NCBI GenBank assembly: GCA_964016885.1
Contig: OZ024741.1
Location: 311,674,001 to 311,738,000, forward strand
Source: Eledone cirrhosa
Lineage: Eukaryota
Direction: 5' to 3'
Length of the DNA: 64,000 nt
A model generated the notes under the pieces. The model saw only the letters and a list, made by a program, of their open reading frames with translations, had not been told where the DNA came from and ran no database searches. How positions within the stretch are numbered: the first letter of the stretch is position 1; every line of letters starts with the position of its first letter. Made by a program: the position numbers and the translations under genes. This document shows positions 38,679-51,946 of the stretch, in pieces.

Positions 38679-38765
38679 GTGTGTGTGTATGTGTGTGTGT
38701 GTCTGCGTGTGTGTGCGTGTGCGTGTCTGTGTGTGTAGTAAATACGTAACTAGTTTTTGATATAC

Positions 38766-38900
38766 CTTGTTGGCATGTCTCACCAATATAACCTGCAGAA
38801 CATCCATCTGAACATGATCCATTTCGCATGTCACAGTTTCTATTTTTGTGACAATGGCATCTCCCTGTACAATTAACACCAAACTTTCCTATTCGGCATT
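38766..38900 (-). CDS. EGF-like exon (type B)
   Basis: tttcag|...|gtatat; 135 nt; ECRIGKFGVNCTGRCHCHKNRNCDMRNGSCSDGCSAGYIGETCQQ. Confidence 0.92.
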
Positions 38901-39015
38901 CTGAAATATATATAAGATTTCTATATTAAACATCATATTTACACACACACACACACAAACGCATGCACGCACACACCCGCACTCACCCACACCCCCACAC
39001 ACGCACACACACATG

Positions 39016-39091
<76 letters not shown>

Positions 39092-39925
39092 TTCAGAAAC
39101 ATAGAGAGAGAATAAATTAAAATGGTGGTTCTAACATAACTTTATACATATGAGTATGTGTAGTTTGGATATCTAGCAATATGCGATATTTTTAGGTATA
39201 ATAATAATAAATAATTATAGGGTGTAAGTATCACGTTTAATATAGACATAGCTTCAACAGTACTAGAAATATTTCATTCAAAAGTAATCATCAGGAAAGC
39301 CGTTTACTGATGATTTCTTTGGAAGAAACTATTCTAGTCCAGTAGAAGCGATTTATATTAAACATCATATTTGCACACAGACACATATACATTCAGACAA
39401 CCCCACCCCCCACCGCCACACACACAGACGCATATGCACACACAATTATATATGCATGCATGCATGTGTGTGTGTGTGTGTATGTGTGTATGTGTGTATA
39501 GTATCAATATATATGATAATGTTGAAGATATCATTAATTACAAACAGATATCAATGATACAATTTTATATCAAATTTTAAGATTAAAGAGGTCTTGTGTT
39601 AAACAAATGATTTTGTGTATTTATTGAATATTATATCGATCCTCTATAAAATATACATGGATTTTTAGTTCACTTAAATGCAATGTTGGGAACATTCTGA
39701 AAGAAACAAACAGTATCATAAGTAAAATAACATATATAATTCTTCCAAATCTTACCATATTCTAACAGTGACTACGATATGTAATTGTGAGATTCTTACA
39801 TTTAAATAAACACACACAAACACACACTCAAAGATAGATATATAAAATATACTGTATATGTATAAATGCATACATATACACATACACACACACATACATA
39901 GATACATTCATACATACCTACATAC

Positions 39926-42462
39926 AAAAAAAAATCAAATAATGAAATATTACGTGTTATTCACGAAATAGGGTAAGAATATTTACGACGGATAAAACCC
40001 CAACATTTTTGCAAATCAACGCCTGTTTATATGCCGTAGCAACGACAGTGAAGCATTATCTTTGTGATAGCAGGGACATTAACAAGAACAGACCACCACC
40101 AAAAATACTATCATATATAACTAAAATAGAAAAAAAGATTGCTGACCTACGAAAACACAGGATATGTAACAATGCTCCTTACATGCAAACAAACACAAAA
40201 AAACCCCACTTTTCACAAACAAAGAGTGAAAAATAAAATAGAGGCGATGTTCGGTAACTGTAGAACCAGAACTCTCCAATATAAGCTGATTAACCTCAAT
40301 CAAGAATTGAGAGCTGTTAGCGAAAAATTCCGATACATGAAGAAGGTACATGAAAGAAAAGTGCTTAATAAAAGATTCAGACGAAACCAAACATCAGTCT
40401 ATAGAGAAATGAAGGCAAAATAATAAGTGTCCCAGAGAGACATAGATTCCTTTTGGAGCAAAATATGGGGGGAAAAGAAGAATTTCAACCAAGATGCAGT
40501 GTGGCTAAGAGAAATCCAAAAGAACTATTGCTCCCACACTACAACAAAAACATACGAAATAAGTGCGGGTACCCTTGAGACTGTGATAGGAAAACTCCAA
40601 GATTAGAAAACACCATGAGAGACATAATTGTCGGCTACTGGTACAAAAAACAGATGTTCTATCGGAGTTACCTTGAATTTGTTGGAAGATCTCTAGCAAC
40701 AAGTTCTTAAGGGAGATATACTTATACCAGAATGTTTCACATTAGCACAAACATTACTGGTCCCAATAAACAAAGACACACACTTGACAAAAAATACCGA
40801 CCCATTGCATTCCAGAACCTGATGTATAAGATGTATACAGCCTGCCTGAACCTATTCCTCCAAGATCAATGTGAAAATAATAATATCATCACAGATGAAC
40901 AAGCAGCTGGAAAGAAAGGGGTTTGGTGATGTGCTGAACAACTCCTAATAAAAACAAATGCGATGTCGGAGGTGCGACAACTTAGGAGGAATATGGCTAT
41001 ATTCTGGCTGGACAACAGGAAAGCTTTCGAGCGCCTTTACTTGAAACGTAAGCAGGGAGTCAGAGGCCTAACATCAGTCCAGACAACATTTGAATGTCGC
41101 ATCATATCTCTCCGACAACATCTACGAACCTCGAAGCGTACGAACCCGCTTCTCGAGCAAGTCTATCTGCATGAAACAGATAAGATAATAGTTTCTACTT
41201 TTGGCACAAGGCCAGCAATTATTCCAGTGTATTACTGGTACTTTATTTTATCGACCCCGTAAGGATGAAAGGCAAAGTTAACCTCGGCGGGATTTGAACT
41301 CAGATAAGATAATGAGAGTTGGGAAGGAACTCCTCGAGAGATATTCCCTGCGTGATAATCAAAATCTCACACCCAGGGAATTCGCTCAGCACTATCGCAG
41401 TGAATCCATGGATAAAAAACTGCATACTTATCAGCAAAATATCATGCATGGATATGTTGCCAGGAAGCTCCAGAGTGACAGTAATATAGATAAGGACAGT
41501 AGTCTATCTTGGACCAACAACCGCTATATTGGCTCCCACTTTGAACCATACGCTTTTGCAATCCAAGAACAGGAGATTAACAAGAAATACCTGATTCACA
41601 AAAGAGATAGGGATGCAGGCAAAACACCTACATGTGATAACAAGTGTAGACTCTGCAGAAATAACATCGAGGATATCACCCATATCATCAGTAGCTATCC
41701 AAATATGTAATCGCGGTACTATCTACCTATGAGGCATGATGTAGTGGCCAAAACAATGTACAATGCAGTTCGAAAAAAAGGTAGCCCCGATATTAAATAC
41801 ATTAAAAGCTACAGCAATGTGCAAGATATCCATGTACATAATATGAAAGAGTCCTGGTGGAATGTTCCAGTAAAAACCCCAATAACATGAAAGATTAACA
41901 GACCAGATATTATGATATGGGACAGAGAGAAGAAAGCATGCACAGTAGTGGAATTTAGCTTCCCAGCAGATGTCAATATAATATCAAACATTAGTGAAAT
42001 GGAGAATATTTATGCAGAACTGATGAGAAATCTGCAGATACTCAACCCTGATTACACCTTCAGATTTATGCCTGTGATTATTGGGGCACTGGGTTATGTT
42101 AGTAACTGCCTCAATACAAATCTTGAAAAGCTAGGTTTCACAGGAACAGAAAGAACACAACTAGTTAGGAAATTACAAGTACAATCCATTAATGGAACAG
42201 TAAAAATATCTAAAACATTCCAAAAATGTGCATCTAAAAACTGCATATACACATGTACAGACATAAATCATATACACATGCACACATACAACTCAAAACA
42301 TCCATATCCACACATACTATAACATCCATATCTACACATGCATGCATACATATCTACCTAGTTGATGTTGTGTAAATTCCAATGAGAGAGTCATGTGTCT
42401 ATGTTAGAAACCGACTCTCTTTCTATTGGTAAAACTTTGTGAAATTATATAACCAGAAGAAC
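39926..42462 (+). mobile_element. R4/Dong-clade LINE (RT + CCHC + RLE), decayed
   Basis: YRPIAFQNLMYK, EQAAGKKG, FAIQEQEI, KCRLCRNNIEDITHIISS, RHD, NRPDIMIWD..VVE; SINE inserted at 41189 with TSD CAGATAAGATAAT. Confidence 0.9.
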
Positions 42463-43599
42463 ATACATACAAGTGTTCAAGGGAGATACACTTATACCAG
42501 AATGGTTGACATTAGCACAAACAATACTGGTCCCCATAAACATATACACCCACCTGGCAAAAATCCACCGACCCATTGCATTCCAGAACCTGATGTATAA
42601 GATGTATACAGCCTCCTTGAACCTATTCCTACTAGATCCCTGTGAAAATAATCACATCATCTCAGATGAACTAGCAGCAGGAAAGAAAGGGTTGTTGGGG
42701 TGTGTTGAACAGTAAAACAGTGGCTCGCAATGTGTTTGCTGTGCCTATCCTAACATCAACTTTTGGAATACTCAACTGGATAATAGACGAAATCCGATCA
42801 ATTGATGTTAGAACTCGAAAAATACTAAACCGCCGAAAAATACGAAAAATACGAAAAATACGAAAAATACTAAACCACCTCTCTCTATTATAAAACATTT
42901 GTGAAATTATAAAACCAGAAGAACATACATATATATATATATCTAAAATATAATAAAGTATGGTTGTGGGACCGCGTACTGTTTATTTCTTTTAATTCTG
43001 TTAGTAAAATAAGTTGGATTACTTTGAATAAATAATTGTTTCTACTTTAGGCACAAGGCCAGCAATTACCCAGTGCATTACTGGTACTTTATTTTATCGA
43101 CCCCGTAAGGATGAAAGGCAAAGTCCACTTTGAATAAATAATGAATGAATATTACATAATTTATGTTAAAAAAACCTAACTAATTTAAAATTGACTTCTT
43201 TTCAAATTTCCATTCACATTTCTATACTTCCTGTAAAGCGTTGCCACCAACACTGCTTCAACTACCATATATATAGAAAGAGAGATCGTGTGATGAGATA
43301 GATAGAGAGATTATGATTTTCTACACGCTGATGCGTATGAGTGTGCACATACATGCATCTATATGTTTGAGTATATAACTGTTGTTAGTATATAATTATA
43401 ATCGCGCAAACACAAACTTATGAAAAATACACGCTCACATGCATTCACATAAATACACATACATTCACACAAACATACATACATTCACACATACATTCAC
43501 ACATATGCATTTACACAAACACACACAAACAATCATGTTCGAAACGTTCGGTGAAATGGAAATGGGAGGGTAAAACAAGTATAACGTTTTATTTATTCA

Positions 43600-45400
43600 T
43601 TAACACTTTACTTATTAATTAACTCTTTTTTTATTTAATCTCATTTAATATAATGTTTACAGAACGAAAACTCTAACAAATACAATTATTTCTACCTTTG
43701 GCAGAGTATTACATTATCGACCCCGTAGGAATGAAAGGCAAAGTTAACCTCAGTGGGAATTGAACTCAGGTCGTAAAGAGCCGTAAATCTATGCTGCAAA
43801 GCGTGGCATCCGACCTTCTACCGATACTGCCAATTCAATATAATATATACAAAGGAAAGGGAAAGAAAAAAAGAAAGAGAAATATTACACAAGCACGCAA
43901 TCTTAGACCTAGTAGAACAAAATGCAGGTGAAAGAGTAAGAAAAACAAGCCGCTGCCAGAGCAAAACATAGCATTATAGCGAGGAGCACTGGGAAACCTC
44001 TCTAATAATTTTTGAGGCAGGCCACCACGCTCGCACCGTACCTGGCGTGATGGCGACTGAGGTGCTGGAACATACAAGTGCTCTCACGAGCATCACCAGT
44101 TACTTCGGTTTGGCGAGCCGCCAGTGAAGATAAGAATCTCGCTGTCAGTAGCCAGACTCCCCCAAAATTCGAACGCTACAGGCACGATAATGCACTTAGC
44201 TGACAGAACACGATATTTTAGGATTTTGTTCCGTTCAGCTGCCGATGTTGTAGCTCTCGCCCTTACCGCATCCAGTATGTGGGAAGAAGCAAAACAGTCA
44301 ATAACTGTGACCTCCCAGGTAAGGCAACTGCCTCTTTTACAGGAGCACAGAGTAAGATCGTCAGGTCTTTTCCCATCAATTCAGGACAACCCAGATGGTT
44401 CCAAAATTGATGGGATGTTTGCTCGGGCCAAAGCTCTAAAGTGGTAAGAGAATAGTGTGTGTATGTGCGCGAGCGTGATTTTATCGGCGTTCTTAAAGTA
44501 GAGACACGTGTGTGTGAGTCACTGTTTTTAATTTAGACATATATATGTGTTTATCACTTTCCTTCCTTTTACACACACATACATTCACACAAACACGCAA
44601 ACACATTGGCTGATGGACGGGTGGTCAGATGTCCCTCAAATTTATATACATGTGATAGGAGTTCTACTGAAGCATTTAGAGAAACCCAAGTATCTTGGAG
44701 TTGTGTTCATGAGTGATGGAATGCAGGAGGCTGAATTAAGTGCAAGAATTGCAAAAGCTGATGCAGTAATGCGCCAGACTCAACATTCAGCAATCAGATG
44801 AAGGGGGTAGGTGTAAAAGCCAAACTCGATGTCTTCCTGGTATTCCTGCCAACTCTTACTGACGATCATGAATCTTGAGTAATGACTAAAAGAATACAAT
44901 TGCATATAAAGGTGGCAGAAATGGGATTCCTCCGAAGGGTCTTTAGAGTAACGTTACTCGACAAAGTGCATAGCGCAGAGACCAGAGAGTCACTCCTGGT
45001 AGAGCCGTTACCTCTCCGAATTGTGAGAGCACAACTCCGATAATATGAGCATGGGTTAGAATGTCTCAGTAAAGAATCGCTGGACACATTTTACAGGCAA
45101 AACCAACCGGCAAGATACCCTTGAGCAAGATACATGGATAACATCCCTGAGCTTGGCTGGACACGCTTTGGGATCCAACTGGATCGGTTAGAGATGTTTA
45201 CTACTGGCAGCTTCGCTGGAAGTAGTGTTTGAGAAGGACTCTGCCCCCGTGACCCTCTCAGAAATAAGTGGGTGAAGAAGAAGATATTGTCATTTACCTT
45301 TCAATTTACGTATATCTATATGCATATGTATTTGCGTATAATACCAATATGCACACTACATATGCTAGCAGAAAACCGCCAATGGGGCGATGTTTCTGCT
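43600..45400 (+). repeat. Diverged duplicate of the block at about 310-1820 (CRE fragment + RTE fragment)
   Basis: Collinear match across two unrelated retroelements and their junction; SINE at 43686 only in this copy. Confidence 0.85.
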
Positions 45401-45924
45401 GGTTTATATAATGTTAGTATTAATATTATAGTTATAATATTAATGGTATACTGATTCACTGAATTATCTAAACTATCGTAAAATCTACGGTAATTTCCCC
45501 ACGAAACAAAACAGGCCGAAAGGAAAAATAAATTGCCATGTAATGCTGATACACAGAGGATTAGGAATATTTAGGTTTTTTAAATTACCGAGTATCAATT
45601 CATGGTGTGGTAGCATGTTATTTACTAATAAAACAGATCCCTTATATCATTTTGTTAAGTGAAAATTAAATTTTACAAATTGTACTTTGTACACATGCAT
45701 TTTTATTTTACAACTATTTAGTGTTTATTTCCATGTTTTATATATTATGCAAATAAACAACGGCATGCATATCTACGGCTGGAGAGATGGTAATACCTTA
45801 TATTTGGGGTCTCGTCCCAACCGGCGTATATAGGCCTAAACCTGAATTACAAATCAGAATTTGATGGGTTGACCTATGCAGCGGATCAACTTTTACACCG
45901 GCATATACGATATATATATATAAG

Positions 45925-46668
45925 CTCAAGCCACCAACTACTCAACAACAAAATTGAAAAGTCAATTTTTTGCCAGCATAAACTGAAAGCGAAATTCTCA
46001 CACTTCAAACCTTCAACCAAATCCTAACACTACCTATCTTTCTACCCTAAATAACAATTCTACACCCCTAAAAATAGACTATATATGAAATTTAATACTT
46101 TCTTCCTTCATCTGTTCTCTGGTAAGACTTTCGCCTGTCCACTTCCAAATGCCTCTTAAAATTCTATCTTCCTTCTCTCTCCCTCTACTCATCACAACTT
46201 TTAGCACACACCCTCCTCCCCCTCCCTATACAAATCCTCTCACACCACACTATCTCTTTCTCTTTCTCTCCCTACCTCTATCCCTTTTCTCTCTCTCTCT
46301 CTCTCCCTCTCTTTTGCCCCTCTCTCTCTCTCTGTTCCTCTATCTTACACTACTACCCCTTATTTCATTTCCTAAGGTCATTCCAACTTTGTATTTTGAA
46401 AATTCGGATGCCACAGTATCTTTCTTGATTGCCTATTATAACATAGTGTAGCAATAATGGACTGATATTCTGATGAAACAATTGTTAATACGTCGATTAA
46501 ATTCTTTTGTAATTGTTTACCATCGTCCTATTTCTCTTCTTTGATTACACTCCTCGTTTGTTCATGTTTCCACTACAGAATCCCTACCAACCTGTCGAGT
46601 CACCTTAACGTATGTTGAGGACTTTCCTCAGAACTTGTTCTACCAAGCTTTGGAATACTCCTAATAAC

Positions 46669-46670
<2 letters not shown>
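45925..46670 (+). mobile_element. Penelope-like 3' end with degenerate HHR (46391-46491)
   Basis: LLNNKIEKSIFCQHKLKAKFSHFKP C-terminus; GUAUU-UUGAAAA...GAAAC-AAUU-GUU-AAUAC with weak stem II. Confidence 0.55.
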
Positions 46671-46731
<61 letters not shown>

Positions 46732-46914
46732 CCAGTTCAAGAGTAACGAATCTTAAAGAGAGAGATGTAGATAGGAGAGGAGATAGGAGCGGAGAAGAGA
46801 GATTGGTGAATTAGTTAGAAGCCAAAGCGTAGAAGCATGTGCTCAATGTGCAATATGCAGTGGAAGACAGCTAGGGGGCTGGGTTCCTGCAGAGGTTAGG
46901 TGCACAGAGCTGGA

Positions 46915-49726
46915 AATATTCATTAGTTAAGCAAAACAAGAACACAAATTTCACAAGTAAGACATTATTAAAATATTGTCAACATATTTTAGTTTGATGT
47001 AAGGAATGTAGAGAATAATAATAATAATAATAATATTAATAATAATAATGTCCGTTTACAATTGTTTCGCTACTCCATATAATATTTCTGGATCAAATGA
47101 TTATAGATCATTATTGATCTGGTTCAGTTGAAAATAATTAACTTAGGTATAATTAGAGCAGCTCATCGGAACTTCAAAAGGAATATAAATTAAAATAGGG
47201 AAAGAATGTTACATGAATGTAATGTTCCATATATTGGTATTTCACTATCGTGTCCTGGGTATATCTATTGTCTGCCATAGTCGAGCAGTATTCTTCTGTC
47301 GAGGCTGCATTGTGTGAAATATGCCTATGGCCGCGAATGGACATATTTACCTTACTAATTAGAGGGTAGTTTCAGGGGAAGTAACTCCTCGAGGAATTAG
47401 AAATTGTCGGTAGTTTATAGTTAAGAAGTGCTATTTTTTTTTAAATTGAGAGACAATGTAACTTATAATTATCTAAGTTAGCTATAACTATTTAACTTAT
47501 TAGCCATACGTAAACATGTGGGTAGATGACTATGTTGGGTCAATTATTCTGTTGGCAAAGGAATTAGCCCTTCGATGTAGACAGCTAGTAGTTACCTCCG
47601 TTCTATTGTTAATCGGTAGAGATCGTGATAGAGTTATGTAATATGCTTCGGTAAGACATAAGTCACAAGAGTTTATTCGTCCGTTGAACGGTTGGGCCCT
47701 AGCCAAGATATTCCATGTTAGTGAGCGTTCAATGTTGGTTAATTTAAGGTTTTTAATGAGGCTAGCTAGAGATGTCGAACATCTGTTGTAAGGGTCTCGG
47801 AAGGGAAAAGAGTGCGCGTTATAGCGTACCTTAAAAGGGTTAGAGTTAGAGCCGATATAGGAGCTGGTTTGCGAAGCAGTTTTAACTGTGCACCTATAAA
47901 CTATATTGGGTGTCAGGCAATGTCTATTTAGTGGGCATGCATTAGGGTAACGGCAGTTGCAGTTACTTCTGCGGTTAGTGAGAGTAGCGTTGTTTAAATT
48001 AAGCTGTTGGTCCGTGCTAGAAGGATTAGATGGATGAGGTGTGCTACTAGAGTAAGTATTGGTGTAATGGCGTGGAGATATTTATAAACCATGCGGCATA
48101 TTATAAGGCTCTTTCTTAATCTGGTTATGAACAGTCCATTTACTACATACCTAAATGCCATAACACAGCACTTCACCACAACCATAATAAACTTAACACT
48201 AGAACTAGAAATACATTAGCATATAGCCAGATTCGCCGAAATGTTAGTAGTAACAGCACCTGTACTGGCAATATTAATGGTTGTAGTGGCCTACTTCCCA
48301 CTCCAAGTAGCAAACTAAATATCAACCCTAGAATAGGAATGAGCAATGGGATGACAGATAACAAATGCCCAGGCAATAATAACCCTATGAAGGCCACTAC
48401 CAACTGCACTAGAACTCCTAGAAGGAATAGGCCTAGAAATATCACCTGGCTTAACCCCCATTCTCATCTAATCTAGCCAGTAATATCCCTAAACGCTTCT
48501 TCTCTTATCTAAACATTCCGACCCCCCCCCCCCCAACCATAGATATTACAAACACTTTAATAAAAACATTAAAATCTCATTCTCCACAACGCCTAACCTA
48601 GCTAACCACATCGCATTCAGTAAACATCATAAACTATGACAGTATAACTCCCACACCGCGGTACCACCACCCCCATCAAATACACCACGCCACTACACTA
48701 ATACTTACTCTAGTAACACACCTCCCCCATCTAATCCTTCTAGCGCGGACCAACCGCTTAGTTTAAATAACCCTATTCTCACTAAGCGCAAAAGTAACTG
48801 CAACAGCCGTTACGCTAATGCATGCCCACTAAATGGACATTGCTTGACACCCAATATAGTTTATAGGTGCACAGTTAAAACTGCTTCGCATACCAGCTCC
48901 TATATCGGCTCTGCCTCTAACCCTTTTAAGGTACGCTATAACGCGCACTCTTTTCCCTTCCGAGACCCTTACAACAGATATTCGCCATCACTAGCTAGCC
49001 TCATAAATTAACCAACATTGAACGCTCACTAACATGGGATATCTTGGCTAGGGCCCAACCGTTCAACGGACGAAGAATCTCTTGTGACCTCTGTCTTACC
49101 GAAGCATATTACATAAATCTATCACTACCTCTACCGAACAACGGTAGAACGGAGGTAACTATTAGCTGTCAACATTGAAGGGCTAATTCCTTCGCCAACA
49201 GATTATAAAAAAATTAGCACTTCTTAACTATAAACTACCCACAATTTCTAATTTATCGAGTAGTTACTTCCGCTGAAACAACCCTCTAATTAGTAAGGTA
49301 AATATGTCCATTCGCGCCCATAGGCATATCTAACACAATGCAGCCTCGACAGAAGAATACTGCTCGAATATGGCAGACAATAGATATACACAGGACACCA
49401 TAGTGAAATACCAATATATGGAAAATTATATTCATGTAACATTCTTTCCTTATTTTAATTTATATTCCATTTGAAGTTCCGATGAGATGCTCTAATTATA
49501 CCTAAGTTAATTATTTTCAACTGAACCAGATCAATAATGATCTATAATCATTTGATCCAGAAATATTATATGGAGTAACGAAACAATTGTAAACGGACAT
49601 TATTATTATTAATATTATTATTATTATTCTCTACATTCTTTACATCAAACTAAAATATGTTGACAATCTATTAATAATGTCTTCCTTGTGAAATTTATGG
49701 TCTTGCTTTGCTTAACTAATGAATAT
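46915..49726. mobile_element. Penelope-derived fold-back: arms 46915-48083 and 48677-49726, each with a GIY-YIG remnant, pLTR and HHR (47054-47172 minus; 49476-49594 plus)
   Basis: CNCRYPNACPLNRHCLTPNIVYRC..SYIGS..PFKVRY in both orientations; GUU-CCGAUGA-GCUGCUCUA-[76 nt]-UGGAGUAGC-GAAAC-AAUU-GUA^-AAC; short fold-back of the same family at 10865-11150. Confidence 0.9.
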
Positions 49727-49728
49727 AA

Positions 49729-49770
<42 letters not shown>

Positions 49771-49908
49771 CTGTGTGTATGTACATATGTGTGTGGGGGA
49801 GGGGTATGTATGTGTGTGTGTGCGTGTATAGTAAGTACATAACAATTTTATGATAAAGTTCAACATATCATTAAATGCAATGTTAAGTAAACACTCACAA
49901 ACACAACA

Positions 49909-50010
<102 letters not shown>

Positions 50011-50127
50011 TGTATATGTATAAATATAAATAAATACTGTTATAATATTAATGGTATACTGATTCACCGAATTATCTAAACTATCGGAAAAACTACTGTA
50101 AATTCCCCACGAAACAAAATAGGGCGA

Positions 50128-50505
50128 TGGTGGACGGATTCTACACGAGAATTCTGAGGATGGCTTTGAACATTAATCAGTATACACTGAGGATGACGAA
50201 CTTAGAGCTGTACGGGAACCTTCAGAAATCAGCTCAAAAGTGACACAGAGGAGACTGAGGTTATCTGGACATGGTCACCGACATCCAGAGTGGACACTGC
50301 ATTCGGTGCACCTGTGGGAGCCCCTGCATGGGCACACTGTAAGAGGAAGATCGAAGTTACCATATATACATGCCCTAAGGGCAGACACTGCTCTGTTGGA
50401 GACGCAGGACATATTTGCGATAGCGATAATGAGGGATAGAGACCGCTTGCGAGAACTCGTCCATGGATCTCTGGAATTTTACCCGCCCTAGATAGATAGA
50501 TAGAA
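50128..50505 (+). mobile_element. RTE-like LINE 3' end with (TAGA)n tail (duplicate 63238-63617)
   Basis: VDGFYTRILRMALNI...QRRLRLSGHGHRH..LWEPLHG...RGR; absent from the 31.2 and 45.5 kb copies of the host repeat. Confidence 0.8.
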
Positions 50506-50886
50506 TGCTGATACACAAAGGATCAGTAATATTTAGGTTTTTGAAATTACTGCGTATCACTTAACGGTGTGGTAGCATGTTGTTTACTATTAAAACAGTT
50601 CAATTTCACCATTTTGTTAACTGTAAAATAAATGCTAATTGTATTTTCTTCACATGCATTTTTATTTTACAACTATTTAGTGTTTATTTCCATGTTTTAT
50701 ATTCCATGCAAATATACAACAATGTATAATAAAAATAAACAATTGAATGTCTTCAGCTATTAATGGAGACTGATGCAAAAAGAGCCATTTAGCGGATTCC
50801 AGCAGATGTAAGGGCTGGTAAATCTCGACGATCTTCGTCTCTGACTCAGGTCACTATCAAGAGCTATATATGGTGCCTTATATATC

Positions 50887-50964
<78 letters not shown>

Positions 50965-50969
<5 letters not shown>

Positions 50970-51946
50970 TATTTTGCAATACACTGTATGCTTAATTAAA
51001 AGCATTTCGAAGACCTTATGCTATTATTTTAGAGTAGTGACAGTCTCACTTACTTTAAATTTTCAGCAAACAGGGGGAGATAAAGCTGACAGAACTATGT
51101 TTCGTACAGGTTGGTACTTATCAAAGCCTAGTACCACACCCGTTTGCTGAAAATCATGAATGTTTGATTCCTATTGAATTTCTAGTAATAATCAGGAACT
51201 AATTATACAGAACGGTTGCCGGTCAAGCAGAAATTGAAAATTAGAATTGGCGCTCTGAAATAGCTATATATATATGAATGTATATATAGTGAATTTTTCA
51301 ATACACTGTATGTTTAATTAAAAGCATTTCGAAGACCTTATGCTATTGTTTTAGAGTAGTGACAGTCTCACTTACTTAACATTTTCAGCAAACAGGGGGA
51401 GATAAAGCTGACAGAGCTATATTTCGTACTGATTGGTACTTATCAAAGCCAAGTACCCCACCTGCTTGCTGAAAATCATGAATGTTTGATTCTTATTGAA
51501 TTTCTAGTAATAATCAGGAACTAATTATACAGACCGGTTGCCGGTCAAGCAGAAATTGAAAATTAGAATTGGCGCTCTGAAATAGCTATATATATATGAA
51601 TGTATATATAGTGTATTTTGCAGCTTTATCTCCCTCTGTCTGCTGAAAATTTAAAGTAAGTGATACTGATTATTACTAGAAATTCTATAAGAATCAAACA
51701 TTCATGATTTTCAGCAAACAGGTGAGGTACTTGGCTTTGATAAGTACTGATCAGTACGAAACATAGCTCTGTCAGCTTTATCTCCCCCTGTTTGCGGAAA
51801 ATTTTAAGTAAGTGAGACTGTCACTACTCTAAAACAATAGCATAAGGTCTTCGAAATGTTTTTAATTCAGCATACAGTGTATCGCAAAATACACTATATA
51901 TACATTCATATATATATAGCTATTTCAGAGCGCCAATTCTAATTTT
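50965..51946 (-). ncRNA. Retrozyme-like array: two 322-nt tandem units (HHR 51084-51128 and 51406-51450, minus) plus an inverted unit (HHR 51733-51777, plus)
   Basis: GGCU-UUGAUAA-GUAC-6 nt-GUAC-GAAA(C/U)-auag(u/c)ucu-GUC^-AGCU; homologous to the 26-kb array; embedded in (TA)n. Confidence 0.85.
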
